From positions 194-64,193 of the forward strand of contig JACQTY010000103.1 of the NCBI GenBank assembly GCA_016210545.1: a stretch of 64,000 bases of DNA, in the 5' to 3' direction. This document shows, in pieces, positions 47,725 through 57,553 of this stretch; position 1 is the first letter of the stretch; each line of letters starts with the position of its first letter. Position numbers and translations under genes: made by a program. This DNA is from Chloroflexota bacterium (GTDB lineage: Bacteria > Chloroflexota > Dehalococcoidia > JACVQG01). The notes beneath the pieces were generated by a model that made no database searches, had not been told where the DNA came from, and worked only from the letters and a program-made list of their open reading frames with translations.

Positions 47725-48222
47725 TCAGGCGGACGTCTCCACCATCTGTATCCTGGCCACTACCTCTTGCATGGCGCCGGGATCGAGAGCCTCCTCTGCC
47801 AGAGGAAACAGGACATTGTCTTCCTTCTGAATATGGGAGCGCAGGAACCCCGCTATGTGGTTGGCTATTTGCTGCGCCGCCTGCACCTGCTTCGAGTCCT
47901 CAGACCCGCTAGACTCTTTTATCTGGCCTACCTTCTCCTGGAAGGCATCCCACGCCCTCCACAAGCTCTGATGCTCATCCAGCATGGCCGCGATCGGCCC
48001 CTCCCGGCCGACTACCCTGGCCAGATAAGGGAACAGTACCTCCTCTTCATGCTGGAAATGTACCTTGAGTTCACTATCAAAGAACCTGGATACTCTATCC
48101 AGATCAGCCCCAACGGGGGATCCATTGCAGCTCAATGCCCGGGCGCTGCGCTCCAGTAGATCAAGTTCGGCCAAGGCGCCGCGGTGGGCGGACCTCAACA
48201 TATCCAATGGTCTGCTCGACAT
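47725..48222 (-). CDS. hemerythrin HHE cation-binding domain protein
   Basis: HFQHEEEVLFP, MLDEHQ and HIQKEDNVLFP metal-ligand motifs. Start at the Met preceded by an AGGGGGGG SD. Confidence 0.75.
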   Translation of the reverse strand: MSSRPLDMLRSAHRGALAELDLLERSARALSCNGSPVGADLDRVSRFFDSELKVHFQHEEEVLFPYLARVVGREGPIAAMLDEHQSLWRAWDAFQEKVGQIKESSGSEDSKQVQAAQQIANHIAGFLRSHIQKEDNVLFPLAEEALDPGAMQEVVARIQMVETSA

Positions 48223-48236
48223 AACTAATGCCCCCC

Positions 48237-48479
48237 CTACTTTTTCACTCTCTTGATGCTGGCCACCCACTCGCGGGCGGACTTCTCCTCGGACTTCCAT
48301 TCGAACTGGCCCTCGCGCTCCATCATGAACTGATAGTGTAACGGACGCGGATCGTGGTCATTGATTATGACCAGCGACTCCCCCGGCTCCAGCGAGTCGA
48401 AGATGTCGAAGATCTTGGGGTGCCGCTCCCACGGCGGGATGGTCCTTACGTCCAGAGTCACAGTCTTGGTCTGAGTCAT
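48237..48479 (-). CDS. DUF2249 domain protein
   Basis: LDVRTIPPWERHPKIFDIFDSLEPGESLVIINDHDPRPLHYQF, the characteristic DUF2249 pattern that commonly accompanies hemerythrins. Confidence 0.6.
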   Translation of the reverse strand: MTQTKTVTLDVRTIPPWERHPKIFDIFDSLEPGESLVIINDHDPRPLHYQFMMEREGQFEWKSEEKSAREWVASIKRVKK

Positions 48480-49181
48480 CTAACTCCCTCCACGTACAAA
48501 ATTCGAGAAAACAACCTCGGCCAGCCGTCTCAACTCCCCACACCTCTCAGCGAGGTCGTCAGGCAACAGTACCCCCGCAACCGGACGGCCTGGAGACTCA
48601 ATCTCCACCTTATTGGCCCTCGCCCAGTCCCGGACCATGGCCGGGGTTACCTCCAGGTGGAACTGCACAGCGTAGGCAGCCCGGCCGTAGACGAAGGCCT
48701 GATTGGGGCAATCCTGCGACTCCGCCAGCTTGACCGCTCCTTCCGGTATCGAAAAGGTGTCGCCATGCCACTGAAAGACCGGCAGCCTCGTCCCCAGACC
48801 TTTGAACAGGCCATCCTTCGCTGCGTCCGGGGTTAGCTGGACGTGACTAAATCCGATTTCCTTGACCGGATTGGCTGCCACTTTCGCTCCCAGGGCCTTG
48901 GCCAGGAGCTGCGCCCCAAGGCAGATGCCGAGATAAGGCTTGCCCTGCCGCACCACGTCCTTGATCACCAGATTCTCCTCGGCCAGGAAAGGGTACCTGT
49001 CTTCCTCGTAGACATTCATCGGACCGCCCAGGACCAACAAGGCATCGTAGTCTGACAACAACGGGACGGAATCTCTCCGATAGAAAGCAACGATGTCGAA
49101 GGGAATGCCCCACCGCTTCAGGAACTCGCCGAACAGTCCCGGCCCCTCACTCTCGACCTGTTGAAAAATCAGAGTCTTCAT
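48480..49181 (-). CDS. class I glutamine amidotransferase-like protein
   Basis: LGICLGAQLL nucleophile-elbow region with a downstream His (QFHLE). 233 aa. Confidence 0.7.
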   Translation of the reverse strand: MKTLIFQQVESEGPGLFGEFLKRWGIPFDIVAFYRRDSVPLLSDYDALLVLGGPMNVYEEDRYPFLAEENLVIKDVVRQGKPYLGICLGAQLLAKALGAKVAANPVKEIGFSHVQLTPDAAKDGLFKGLGTRLPVFQWHGDTFSIPEGAVKLAESQDCPNQAFVYGRAAYAVQFHLEVTPAMVRDWARANKVEIESPGRPVAGVLLPDDLAERCGELRRLAEVVFSNFVRGGS

Positions 49182-49542
49182 CGCCGCCTTACAACAAATA
49201 TTCTATATGGGTTCCATACGTGTGTATGCGACTTTTGTCTCAGGGCATTCTGAGCCGCCTCCGGGGAGACCCGGCACATATCCCATAGCCAGTGCACACC
49301 GACCGTCGGCCCCGCAGGCCGCCATCGCTTGACGGTGCGCCGGACGGCTGCTAGAATCCGACCGACTGGACCTCGGCGGGCCAGGCTTGAGTATCTCGGT
49401 CTGCCCCGACGAAGTCGGCGAGATGGCGCCGACCCAGTGCGCCAAATCCAGAGGGCGCCATCTTCTCATTTGGCCGCATCCAGCGCCGCGCTGTGGACAG
49501 TTGCGCTGCGCCTTCCATCTCTTTGGCTATTGAGGAGGCGAC

Positions 49543-50415
49543 TTGAAACTGGTGTTTCTCGGCACAGGCACCCCCATTCCCTCCCCCGAGAGGGCGGGCA
49601 CCGGGGCGGCCATCGTCTCGGACAAAGAGGTCCTGATGATAGACTGCGGGCCCGGCTCCGCCTTCCGTTTCACCCAGGCACGGCTTGCCTACCGCAAGCT
49701 CAGCCACCTTTTTCTCACCCACCACCACTTCGACCACACAGTAAGCTATGGCTATGTGGCTCTGGAGAGCTGGATAACGGGTAGAAAGCGCCCCTTGCAG
49801 GTGTTCGGGCCACAGGGGACCGTTCGCATGTCGCGACTTCTTTTCGATGAAGTCTACGCCGAGGAAATCAGGAGCCGCATTTCCCTGGGTGGACAGGGGC
49901 CTCTGGGAATGGAGGCCCCAGCAGAAGCGGACAGCGGCATGGCCTTACTGGGAGTAGCGCCCCAGGACATCGACGAGGGTTTCTCCTTGCAAACGGACGA
50001 CTGGCGCATGAGAGCGATTCGCGTCGACCATAACTGCCCGCCGTACACCCTCGGCTACCGGCTGGACTGGGGGGAAAAGGCTATTGTGTTTTCCGCTGAT
50101 ACTATCCCCTGCCCCAATCTGGTAGAGATGGCCCGTGAGGTGGACGTACTGGTCCATGAAGTGTTCTGGCCAAAGGCCGAAGGGGCGTGGAAGAGCCTTT
50201 TGAGCCAGGCCAGCGCCCAGGAATGGGCGCGTCGCTGGGGGCACACTACGCCGGAAGAAGTCGGCAAGCTGGCACGAGAAGCCCGAGTGAAGACTCTGGT
50301 GCTCACGCATCTTACGCCCTATGAAGATGAGGCGGCCCTCACCGACATGGTGCGCCGTAACTATTCCGGCGAACTGGTGGTGGCGCAAGACCTGATGGAG
50401 ATCGAATGGAAGTAG
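49543..50415 (+). CDS. MBL-fold metallo-hydrolase (RNase Z/ElaC-like)
   Basis: LTHHHFDH motif and N-terminal LVFLGTGTPIPSPERAGTGAAI. Confidence 0.8.
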   Translation: MKLVFLGTGTPIPSPERAGTGAAIVSDKEVLMIDCGPGSAFRFTQARLAYRKLSHLFLTHHHFDHTVSYGYVALESWITGRKRPLQVFGPQGTVRMSRLLFDEVYAEEIRSRISLGGQGPLGMEAPAEADSGMALLGVAPQDIDEGFSLQTDDWRMRAIRVDHNCPPYTLGYRLDWGEKAIVFSADTIPCPNLVEMAREVDVLVHEVFWPKAEGAWKSLLSQASAQEWARRWGHTTPEEVGKLAREARVKTLVLTHLTPYEDEAALTDMVRRNYSGELVVAQDLMEIEWK

Positions 50416-50420
50416 CCGGG

Positions 50421-51362
50421 CTAGGCCCTTATCTCCTGCCTCATGAAACGGACGTAGCCGATAGCGAATACCACCAGAGTCAGGGCCACAATTGTAGTCA
50501 ATTGCGGCCATACCAGATTCAGGCTCTGACTCAAGCGGAGAGGGGTCGGGATGAGCCCCTGCACCTGCTGCACCAGTACCGGGCCGAGCGTACGCACGCC
50601 AGGGCTGACGATGGTGCCAATGGCCTCGTCATAAAGCGTGGTAGGGGACATGCGCATTATGCCCTGACGCAGATTCGCGTTTCTCACCAACAACTCCGGC
50701 GGCGACCCCTCATTGACAGGAATCGCGGCGTCAGCTGCAGCGCCGGCAATCATGACCATAAAAAACGAGAGGAAGACCCACAGGGCAATCGCCCCCAGCG
50801 CTGAAGTAGCGGTCCTGCGGAACAGGATGGAGAACAGGATCGCCAGACCCAGCCAGAAAGCGATGTATATGATACTTGTCATCACAAAAAGCAGCAGCCG
50901 GAGCATCTCCTCCTGAGTCGGCGGCACGCCAATTAGCTGTAGACCCAGGCCGGAGACGATCAGTATCAAGCTCAGCAACATCACAGTTATGGTAGCTACG
51001 CCGGCCAGGAATTTACCGTTGATAACGGAGTCACGGTACAGCGGCTGAGAAAGTACCCGGCTCATGGTGCCTTCGGACATCTCCCGGTTGATGGCGTCGA
51101 AACCCAGGGCCAGCCCCACCAGCGGGCCGAAGAAACCAATGAAAGACACAAAAGGCGGCAACAGTCCACTGGATGATGTGAAAACCCGCAGGAACACGAA
51201 ACGCGAATCGGGGTTCGAGGCCAACTCAGAACGTATGGACTGGGCTGCTACATACGTGGCCCACAAGCCAGCCAGGCCAATGATGGCGAACAGAATGAGA
51301 AAACGCCGGCTCCCCATATGGTCCGACACTTCTTTCCAGAAAACTGCCAGCATCCCGCGCAT
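50421..51362 (-). CDS. ABC-2 family transporter permease
   Basis: 6 TM helices with an ABC-2-like topology. Directly downstream of the ABC ATPase, with ATG/stop overlap at 51362. Confidence 0.7.
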   Translation of the reverse strand: MRGMLAVFWKEVSDHMGSRRFLILFAIIGLAGLWATYVAAQSIRSELASNPDSRFVFLRVFTSSSGLLPPFVSFIGFFGPLVGLALGFDAINREMSEGTMSRVLSQPLYRDSVINGKFLAGVATITVMLLSLILIVSGLGLQLIGVPPTQEEMLRLLLFVMTSIIYIAFWLGLAILFSILFRRTATSALGAIALWVFLSFFMVMIAGAAADAAIPVNEGSPPELLVRNANLRQGIMRMSPTTLYDEAIGTIVSPGVRTLGPVLVQQVQGLIPTPLRLSQSLNLVWPQLTTIVALTLVVFAIGYVRFMRQEIRA

Positions 51363-52300
51363 CAGTGGGCCTCCCGGAAATACCGCAGGTAAATTTCCTC
51401 CAGCGTGTAGTCCTGCAGCCGCATCTGAAGCAGAGCGCTCCTGGTCTGGGTAACGGCTTTGGCCACCAGGGAACGCACCTCTTTGTCCGCAGCTATGGTC
51501 AACAGGTCACCGGACTTCTCCACGTTAAGGACTCCCGGTATCCGCTTGATGGAATCCACAAGCTCCGGAGTCGCCGGCGAAGCCTCAACGTCCAGGGTCG
51601 TTTTCCCTGCCTCCAGCTTCTTCCCAAGTTGGTCGACGCTGCCCAAAGCCACCATCTTGCCCTTCACCAGTATGCCCACCCGGCTGCAAATGCGCTGGAC
51701 CTGGTATAGCATATGGGATGACAACATGATCGTCATCTTTCGCCTGTGGCTCAGGTCCACAATCAGGTCAAGTATCCTCGCCGAACCATCGGGGTCAATT
51801 CCCAGAGTGGGCTCGTCCAGAATGATTACCTTAGGGTCCTTTATCAGCACATCGGCAATCCCCAGGCGCTGTTTCATGCCTCTGGAAAACTCCGCGACCT
51901 TCTTGTCGCCAACGTCTGGCAGTCCGACCACCTCCATCATTTCCGAGACCCTGGAGACCGCCAGCTTCTCCGGCACGGCGTTGAGGCGGGCTGTGTACAT
52001 CAGGTTCTGCCGTGCAGTCAACTCGCCGTAAAAGCCGACGTTCTCGGGGAGGTAGCCTGTCAGTCGCTTTACTTTCAGCGGCTCTCTGGCCGAGTTGTAA
52101 CCGCAGACCCTGGCCGCCCCCGTTGTGGGTTCGGTAAGGCCCAGAAGCATGAGAATAGTGGTGGTCTTCCCAGCGCCGTTCGGCCCCAGGAAACCGAAAA
52201 TCTCACCCTCCTGCACCTGCAGGTTCAGACGGTTGACAGCGACAAGCTCGCCGTAAACCTTGCTCAGATTCGTAGCATCGATGATAGCCTGGTCTGCCAC
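51362..52300 (-). CDS. ABC transporter ATP-binding protein
   Basis: Walker A GPNGAGKTT, Q-loop, Walker B ILDEPTLGID, and an LSGG variant embedded in FSRGMKQRLGIA. Start placed at the GTG at 52298-52300 (VADQAIIDATNLSKVYG). The track ORF extends to 52384. Confidence 0.85.
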   Translation of the reverse strand: MADQAIIDATNLSKVYGELVAVNRLNLQVQEGEIFGFLGPNGAGKTTTILMLLGLTEPTTGAARVCGYNSAREPLKVKRLTGYLPENVGFYGELTARQNLMYTARLNAVPEKLAVSRVSEMMEVVGLPDVGDKKVAEFSRGMKQRLGIADVLIKDPKVIILDEPTLGIDPDGSARILDLIVDLSHRRKMTIMLSSHMLYQVQRICSRVGILVKGKMVALGSVDQLGKKLEAGKTTLDVEASPATPELVDSIKRIPGVLNVEKSGDLLTIAADKEVRSLVAKAVTQTRSALLQMRLQDYTLEEIYLRYFREAH

Positions 52301-52302
52301 GC

Positions 52303-53499
52303 TTACCGCCTGCCTAAACGCACGAATATCCCGGCCAGCCCAGCTACCACCACCACCACGATGCCAATACCTACCGCTCCCCACTTGGTTGGCGTGCTGA
52401 CAGTGACCCGGATGTCCTTGGTGCTGGAACTCCGCTGCCCCAGGGCGTTCAGACTTATCGCGTAATCGCCGGCGATCGTCTTGTCCGGCGCCTTTATCTT
52501 GACGCTTACCTCTCGTATCTCCGCGGCAGCCAGGGTATCGATCTTCTCCGGTTCAAACTTGATGTCCCAGCCGTCAGGCTTCGTCGAAGAGAAGGATATG
52601 CCCTTTACCTCGGCTGTTCCGATGTTGGCCACCACCAGCGCCATGACGCTCTCCTGACCGGCCACGGCATCGGCGTTGAGACGGCCAGTTGGCGTGGTCA
52701 CAAGTATGTCATAGCTACCCGTCACCCCCACCTTGAGGTTCAACGTCTCCTGGACAGACCCCGATCGGGCGGTGAAGCTGACAGGAAAGTCGCCCGGCGC
52801 CTGCCGTTCGTTAGGCGTTAGGATAAGGTTTACACCCTTAGTCTCGCCGGCTTTGAGGCTGATGGTGGATATCTGCTTCTTCTCGAAGGCAGGCTCCACA
52901 GATGTTGTCCATTGCTGCGGCGCCCCTTTGACCACCAACTCGAAAGTGCGGTCCGTCCGCCCCTGGTTGGTCAGGTCAATGTTGAACTGAATGCTGGCCC
53001 CGGCAGGGGTGCTTACCTCCGGGTACAAAGTTACCATCTGCACCTTCTCGGCGGTGGCCCCCTGGGCCTGTATTCCGATGGTAATCCTGAGGGTGTCCTG
53101 GACCTGCTTGTCTCGCGTGATAGCCTTCAGGTCAAAGGTGTAGTCGGAGACTGCCGCGTCAGCCGGCGGTTTCGCCCTGAACGTTACCTCCTGCTCTTTC
53201 CCCGCGGCCACATAGACGCCGCGAAGTCCGAAACTGAAGTCGCTGAAACGAGCTTCCCAACCGCTCGGCGGCGAAACAATCTCCAGGTCAACGAATTCCC
53301 CGTCCTTACCGGTATTGGCAACCCGGACGGTGAGGCGTGCGTCATCCTCCCTGCCGATCACTATACTCGTGAACTCGGGAAGGAGCCGAATGCCCCTCGC
53401 AGGCTGGGCAGTCGCCAGAGCCGGAAACACCATGAGAGTGACCAACACACCAACCGCAAGCAAAGCCAGACTGCGGGCCAGGCAAGACTTCAGAAGCAT
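52303..53499 (-). CDS. secreted, C-terminally membrane-anchored protein with repeated beta-sandwich (NEW3/CARDB-like) domains
   Basis: Signal peptide, several roughly 100-aa repeats rich in T/V with NxG/DG turns, and a C-terminal hydrophobic anchor followed by RLGRR. Confidence 0.45.
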   Translation of the reverse strand: MLLKSCLARSLALLAVGVLVTLMVFPALATAQPARGIRLLPEFTSIVIGREDDARLTVRVANTGKDGEFVDLEIVSPPSGWEARFSDFSFGLRGVYVAAGKEQEVTFRAKPPADAAVSDYTFDLKAITRDKQVQDTLRITIGIQAQGATAEKVQMVTLYPEVSTPAGASIQFNIDLTNQGRTDRTFELVVKGAPQQWTTSVEPAFEKKQISTISLKAGETKGVNLILTPNERQAPGDFPVSFTARSGSVQETLNLKVGVTGSYDILVTTPTGRLNADAVAGQESVMALVVANIGTAEVKGISFSSTKPDGWDIKFEPEKIDTLAAAEIREVSVKIKAPDKTIAGDYAISLNALGQRSSSTKDIRVTVSTPTKWGAVGIGIVVVVVAGLAGIFVRLGRR

Positions 53500-53675
53500 A
53501 GGGACGAACCTCCTGGTTTTCAGTAGTTCTCAGTTAGCCAAAGCCGCCGAAAAGCAGTGTTTTCAGCGGCTTTCGACATATGCACTATTGCCTACAATTT
53601 TAGCATGTACCGCTGGAATGTCAAATCGATTGTCTACGCATCCCCCACCCCCGACCTGGCTAGCGCATGACCGGT

Positions 53676-54164
53676 TTACGCGGCAAGTGTCCTCTCGTAG
53701 AGCATGCGCAGTATGATAGCCAGCAGCACAATTACGGCTCCCAGACCACCCGTGAACCAGCTTGACGAAACGAGACCCCCGGCAGACGCCGCGCCACGCT
53801 TTACGCCGGTCACAGCACGCAGGGCAAGCAGGGCCATCAGGACTGCCAGCGCCACCTTGACCCCCAGAACAATCGCATAGGCCGCCCCAATGTTCGGCTG
53901 TGTCAGCCTGTTCACGGACAGAAGGGCGCCGCTAATAATGAGCACAAAGGCTGCTATCTCCTGGAACTCGCGCCACTCGCCGGCCGCAGACTGCCCAAGG
54001 GTCCAGCCCCGATCGGACGACGGAGCTTGCCCGGCACTTGGTGTCTCCCTCCCCATGCCAGGGCCCACAACGGCGGCATAGAACAGGGCGCTGCCAACCC
54101 AGCCGGCAGCCGCAATGGCATGCAGCCAGCGCAGAGCTAGCCACAGAATGTCAGCGCCGCTCAT
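53676..54164 (-). CDS. hypothetical 4-TM membrane protein
   Basis: Hydrophobic ORF. Start at MSGADILWLALRWLH. Confidence 0.45.
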   Translation of the reverse strand: MSGADILWLALRWLHAIAAAGWVGSALFYAAVVGPGMGRETPSAGQAPSSDRGWTLGQSAAGEWREFQEIAAFVLIISGALLSVNRLTQPNIGAAYAIVLGVKVALAVLMALLALRAVTGVKRGAASAGGLVSSSWFTGGLGAVIVLLAIILRMLYERTLAA

Positions 54165-54255
54165 CGCTCTGCACCCGAGATAGTTTTCGTCCGAGTCCTC
54201 GATGCTGGCCTTCACTGCGCCTCACGAGCCGGTTCCGGCGGCAGGCCCGCCCTGA

Positions 54256-55119
54256 TTAGCCAGAGGTAGCAGTAGTAGCCGCCAGCTTGTAATTGGTGCT
54301 GAAAAGATTGAAGTCCGGCCCCGTGATCGTGAATGAAAACGGCGTGCTCTGGCCCGGCGGTAAGGACGATATTAAAGGCGTCCCTTTGCCGGACCCCAGT
54401 ACTGTCCCATCTATCTTGTAAAGCGTGGCTACAACGACCAGGGGCGTAGCCACGATTTTCCCGTTGTTCACCACCTCCCCCGTTATGGTTATGGTCTTCC
54501 TGTCCGCGCTCAGTTGGTAGCTGTGGTTCACTATTCCCAGGTCTACCGTTGGCGTAAGTGTGGGAGCCTGCGTAGGAATTGGAATGGGGGTCGGGGCGGC
54601 GCGCTTGTCCAGTTGTTGCACCTGCTTCTCCAGCGTATCCACGCGCTTCTCCAGGGCTGTCACAGCCACGGCGGAAGCCACTGGCGTTGACGCCGGCGTG
54701 GGGCTGGGCGAGGCTGGGGTACCCGGGCCGGAAGCCGGCCTCCCCGTGGGCGTCGGCGTCGGTTCCAGAGCTTTCACCCTCTTGTCCAGCCTCTCAAGCT
54801 GGGCCTTCTCATCCGGGGATAGCCCACCGGGCATAGGCCGAGTTTCCAGCAAGTTAAGCCGGAGCCTCAGGTCGTCGAGGTCTCTCCTCAGATCGACCAT
54901 CTGCTTCGATGCCGGTTGAGACGCCGCATCCTCCAGCGCTTTCAAACGTTTCTCCAGGTCCCCCACGCGCTGGTTGAACTGCTGCACGGAAACGCCCTGC
55001 TGGGCCGGGGTCTCCTTGGGAGAAAGAGACGCGCAGGACGCAGAAGCCACGACAAATACGCAAGCTAGAATGAGAAGGCTGGTCCTGAACAAAGGCGCTC
55101 CACCTGTATTTCTTTTCAC
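54256..55119 (-). CDS. secreted lipoprotein with coiled-coil repeats and Pro/Thr-rich linkers
   Basis: Signal peptide plus lipobox (ASASCAS), repeated LEKRxKALE / VQQLDKR heptad segments, PTPTPT linkers and a C-terminal beta-rich domain. Confidence 0.45.
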   Translation of the reverse strand: MKRNTGGAPLFRTSLLILACVFVVASASCASLSPKETPAQQGVSVQQFNQRVGDLEKRLKALEDAASQPASKQMVDLRRDLDDLRLRLNLLETRPMPGGLSPDEKAQLERLDKRVKALEPTPTPTGRPASGPGTPASPSPTPASTPVASAVAVTALEKRVDTLEKQVQQLDKRAAPTPIPIPTQAPTLTPTVDLGIVNHSYQLSADRKTITITGEVVNNGKIVATPLVVVATLYKIDGTVLGSGKGTPLISSLPPGQSTPFSFTITGPDFNLFSTNYKLAATTATSG

Positions 55120-55485
55120 CTATTGTGCCGTTTGTTGCCATATTTTGCAAGGGGTGGCCGCAACCGAAATCCGCCGCCCATTCAATCTCACGAAACAGAA
55201 CGATTCTTCGCCTGGCTGGTGCAGCAACTTGGTCCGGGCGCAGCTTGCGGCAAATAGGCGGCCAACCCACCTCTCCCTTTCGAAAATCCCGATGAATCGG
55301 GATGAGCCGAGCGAAAGCGAGTCCTGAGCCTGTCGAAGGATCTCCGAAGGGGAGCTTGAGCGGGATTTGATGGCGGATTCAGGGCCGCAACACAATGCAG
55401 TTTCCTCTATAATGTAGCAGTAACCTGACGCGCCGGATACATGGCGGGTCACCGGCTGGCGAAATTCGACATCGGGGGGACTAGC

Positions 55486-56856
55486 ATGGGTCGGATAATC
55501 ACCAATGACGGCCCTTCCAACATAAGACCCTTCCTCGAGCCAGACTCAATCGCCCTTGTGGGCGTACCCCGCCGGACGGGTCGGGCGTCGTTCAATATCC
55601 TGGAGACCCTCCTGACCTGCGGCTTCCCCGGGAAACTGTACCCCGTAAACCCAAACGCCGATTCGCTGCTGGGGGTGAAGGTCTATCCTGATACCGATTC
55701 CCTTCCCCACGGAATCGAGCTGGCTGTAATCATGGTCCCAAGGGACATGGTGCTGGGGGCTGTCAGAGGCTGCGCCCGCCGGGGCATCAAAGCCGCCATC
55801 ATAGTCAGTGAGGGTTTCGCCGAAGCCGGAAAAGACGGCCAGTCCCTTCAGGTAGAGGTGGTAGAGGCCGCCCGCGCAACGGGAATGCGGCTCGTGGGAC
55901 CTAACTCGCTCGGCTCGATGAACAACTTCCTGCCCTTCAGCTCTTCTTTCCTACCGCCACCGCCCGTAAAGGCCCCGGTAGCCCTTGTCTCTCAGTCGGG
56001 CGGCTTCCTGGAGGGGTTTTCCGATTTCGTGGCTGGAAAAGCCATTGACCTGGGCAACACCTGCGACGTAGACTTCGTTGACTGCCTGGAATACCTCGAA
56101 ACTGACCCTGATATCAGGCTCATAGTGTTGCACATCGAGGGTATGAAGCGGGGGCGTCGTTTCCTGGACATCGCCAGGCGTGTGAGTAGACAGAAGCCGA
56201 TCCTAGCCCTGAAGACAGGCCGCACCGGCGCCGCGGCCCGTGTCATAGCCTCCCATAGCGGCTCGTTGGCCGGGCAGGATAGGGTCTACGACACCGCGTT
56301 CGCCTGCGCGGGGATCATGCGGGTGAAAGATGGTGACGAGCTAAGCGACGTAACCAGGGCCCTTCTCCACCTGTCGCCTCTGAAGGGCAATCGGATTGGA
56401 ATAGTCACCCCAACCGGCGGCTGCGCCATCATGGCTGTGGATGCCCTGGTCCAGGAAGGACTCGAGTTGGCCCAGCTTTCCACGCAGACCGTCGAGCAAT
56501 TGCGGGAATATTTCTCCAAATGGGCGCCCCCGAAGAACCCCCTCGACATGCTGTCGGCGGGCATGTCTTTCGGATACAAGAAGGTCTACACCGCCTGCCT
56601 ACAGGGGCTGCTCGATGATCCGGAAGTCGATGCCGTCATATGTATCGCTGGTTGGCCAACCGTAAAGACCATCCAGGAGACGGCCCACGGCAAGTCAAAA
56701 CCGGTTGTCACCTGGGTACAGGGGCGCTGGACCGGAGAGGTGTCTGCCCGGCTGGAGGACACCGGCTACAAGACCGCCTACCCGACGCCGGAGCGCGCCG
56801 CCCGGGCCCTCTCGGCTCTCCGGCAATACAGTAGTTGGAAGAACAGATACAAGTAG
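55486..56856 (+). CDS. NDP-forming acyl-CoA synthetase alpha-like protein (CoA-binding + ligase-CoA domains)
   Basis: IALVGVPRR...GKLYPVNP (CoA-binding Rossmann), and LVGPNSLG and SQSGG motifs of the succinyl-/acetyl-CoA synthetase (ADP-forming) family. Confidence 0.65.
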   Translation: MGRIITNDGPSNIRPFLEPDSIALVGVPRRTGRASFNILETLLTCGFPGKLYPVNPNADSLLGVKVYPDTDSLPHGIELAVIMVPRDMVLGAVRGCARRGIKAAIIVSEGFAEAGKDGQSLQVEVVEAARATGMRLVGPNSLGSMNNFLPFSSSFLPPPPVKAPVALVSQSGGFLEGFSDFVAGKAIDLGNTCDVDFVDCLEYLETDPDIRLIVLHIEGMKRGRRFLDIARRVSRQKPILALKTGRTGAAARVIASHSGSLAGQDRVYDTAFACAGIMRVKDGDELSDVTRALLHLSPLKGNRIGIVTPTGGCAIMAVDALVQEGLELAQLSTQTVEQLREYFSKWAPPKNPLDMLSAGMSFGYKKVYTACLQGLLDDPEVDAVICIAGWPTVKTIQETAHGKSKPVVTWVQGRWTGEVSARLEDTGYKTAYPTPERAARALSALRQYSSWKNRYK

Positions 56857-56920
56857 GGGGCGATTCGCTAATTCGCTAATCGCCCCCTGCAATACGTCGA
56901 ACACGCCTTGAACTGCTGTC

Positions 56921-57466
56921 TCAGGCCACGTGGCCGATCTTGGGCGGGGGTGGGGTCGGCCCTTTCCAATCAGGAGAGTTCTCCGACTGTATCTTAAGGT
57001 TGCCCGAGGCGTCAAAGAAAGGCCAGAAGATAAAGGCAAGCCACTGCGATGCTTTGTCCGGGTCCAGGTTGAAGTGCTGGTGCTCGCAGCCGCCTGGCTT
57101 CATAGGCAGCACGATCAGATCGTCTTTTTCCCAATCATATCTCACTCCGTCAACCACGGAATAGCCCTTGCCCTCCAGTACGAATAGCCCCAGGCCGCCC
57201 TGGTGCGTATGACGGCCCCCCTGCTTCTTGATATGGTGCACGAAGAGGGCCCAGTGGGGTACGGCCAGGTTCGGCCAGTTCTTGGGATGCGTGTAGAACT
57301 TTATGAGGCCCTGCCGGTTCTGCTCCCAGGGCACGTCTTTCCCTTTGATGACCACCGTCCCCTTTTCCCCCTGCTCCCTGCGGACACGGTAGAACTCCTG
57401 CATGTACTCGAAGATAAGTTCCTCGGGTTCGGGTTCTCTGCGCCGTTCGATGACTTTCTCGGTCAC
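56921..57466 (-). CDS. cupin domain protein (copy A)
   Basis: GTG start after a GGAAGGAAG SD. Cupin motifs HIKKQGGRHTHQGG...LEG and PMKPGGCEHQHFN. 80% identical to copy B. Confidence 0.7.
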   Translation of the reverse strand: MTEKVIERRREPEPEELIFEYMQEFYRVRREQGEKGTVVIKGKDVPWEQNRQGLIKFYTHPKNWPNLAVPHWALFVHHIKKQGGRHTHQGGLGLFVLEGKGYSVVDGVRYDWEKDDLIVLPMKPGGCEHQHFNLDPDKASQWLAFIFWPFFDASGNLKIQSENSPDWKGPTPPPPKIGHVA

Positions 57467-57553
57467 GCTTCCTTCCTTTCTACTCTACGCTGGCCAACAA
57501 CGCCCCGGCTTTGTCCACGTACTCCTTCCTGGAAGACAGTACGCACCCCAAAC

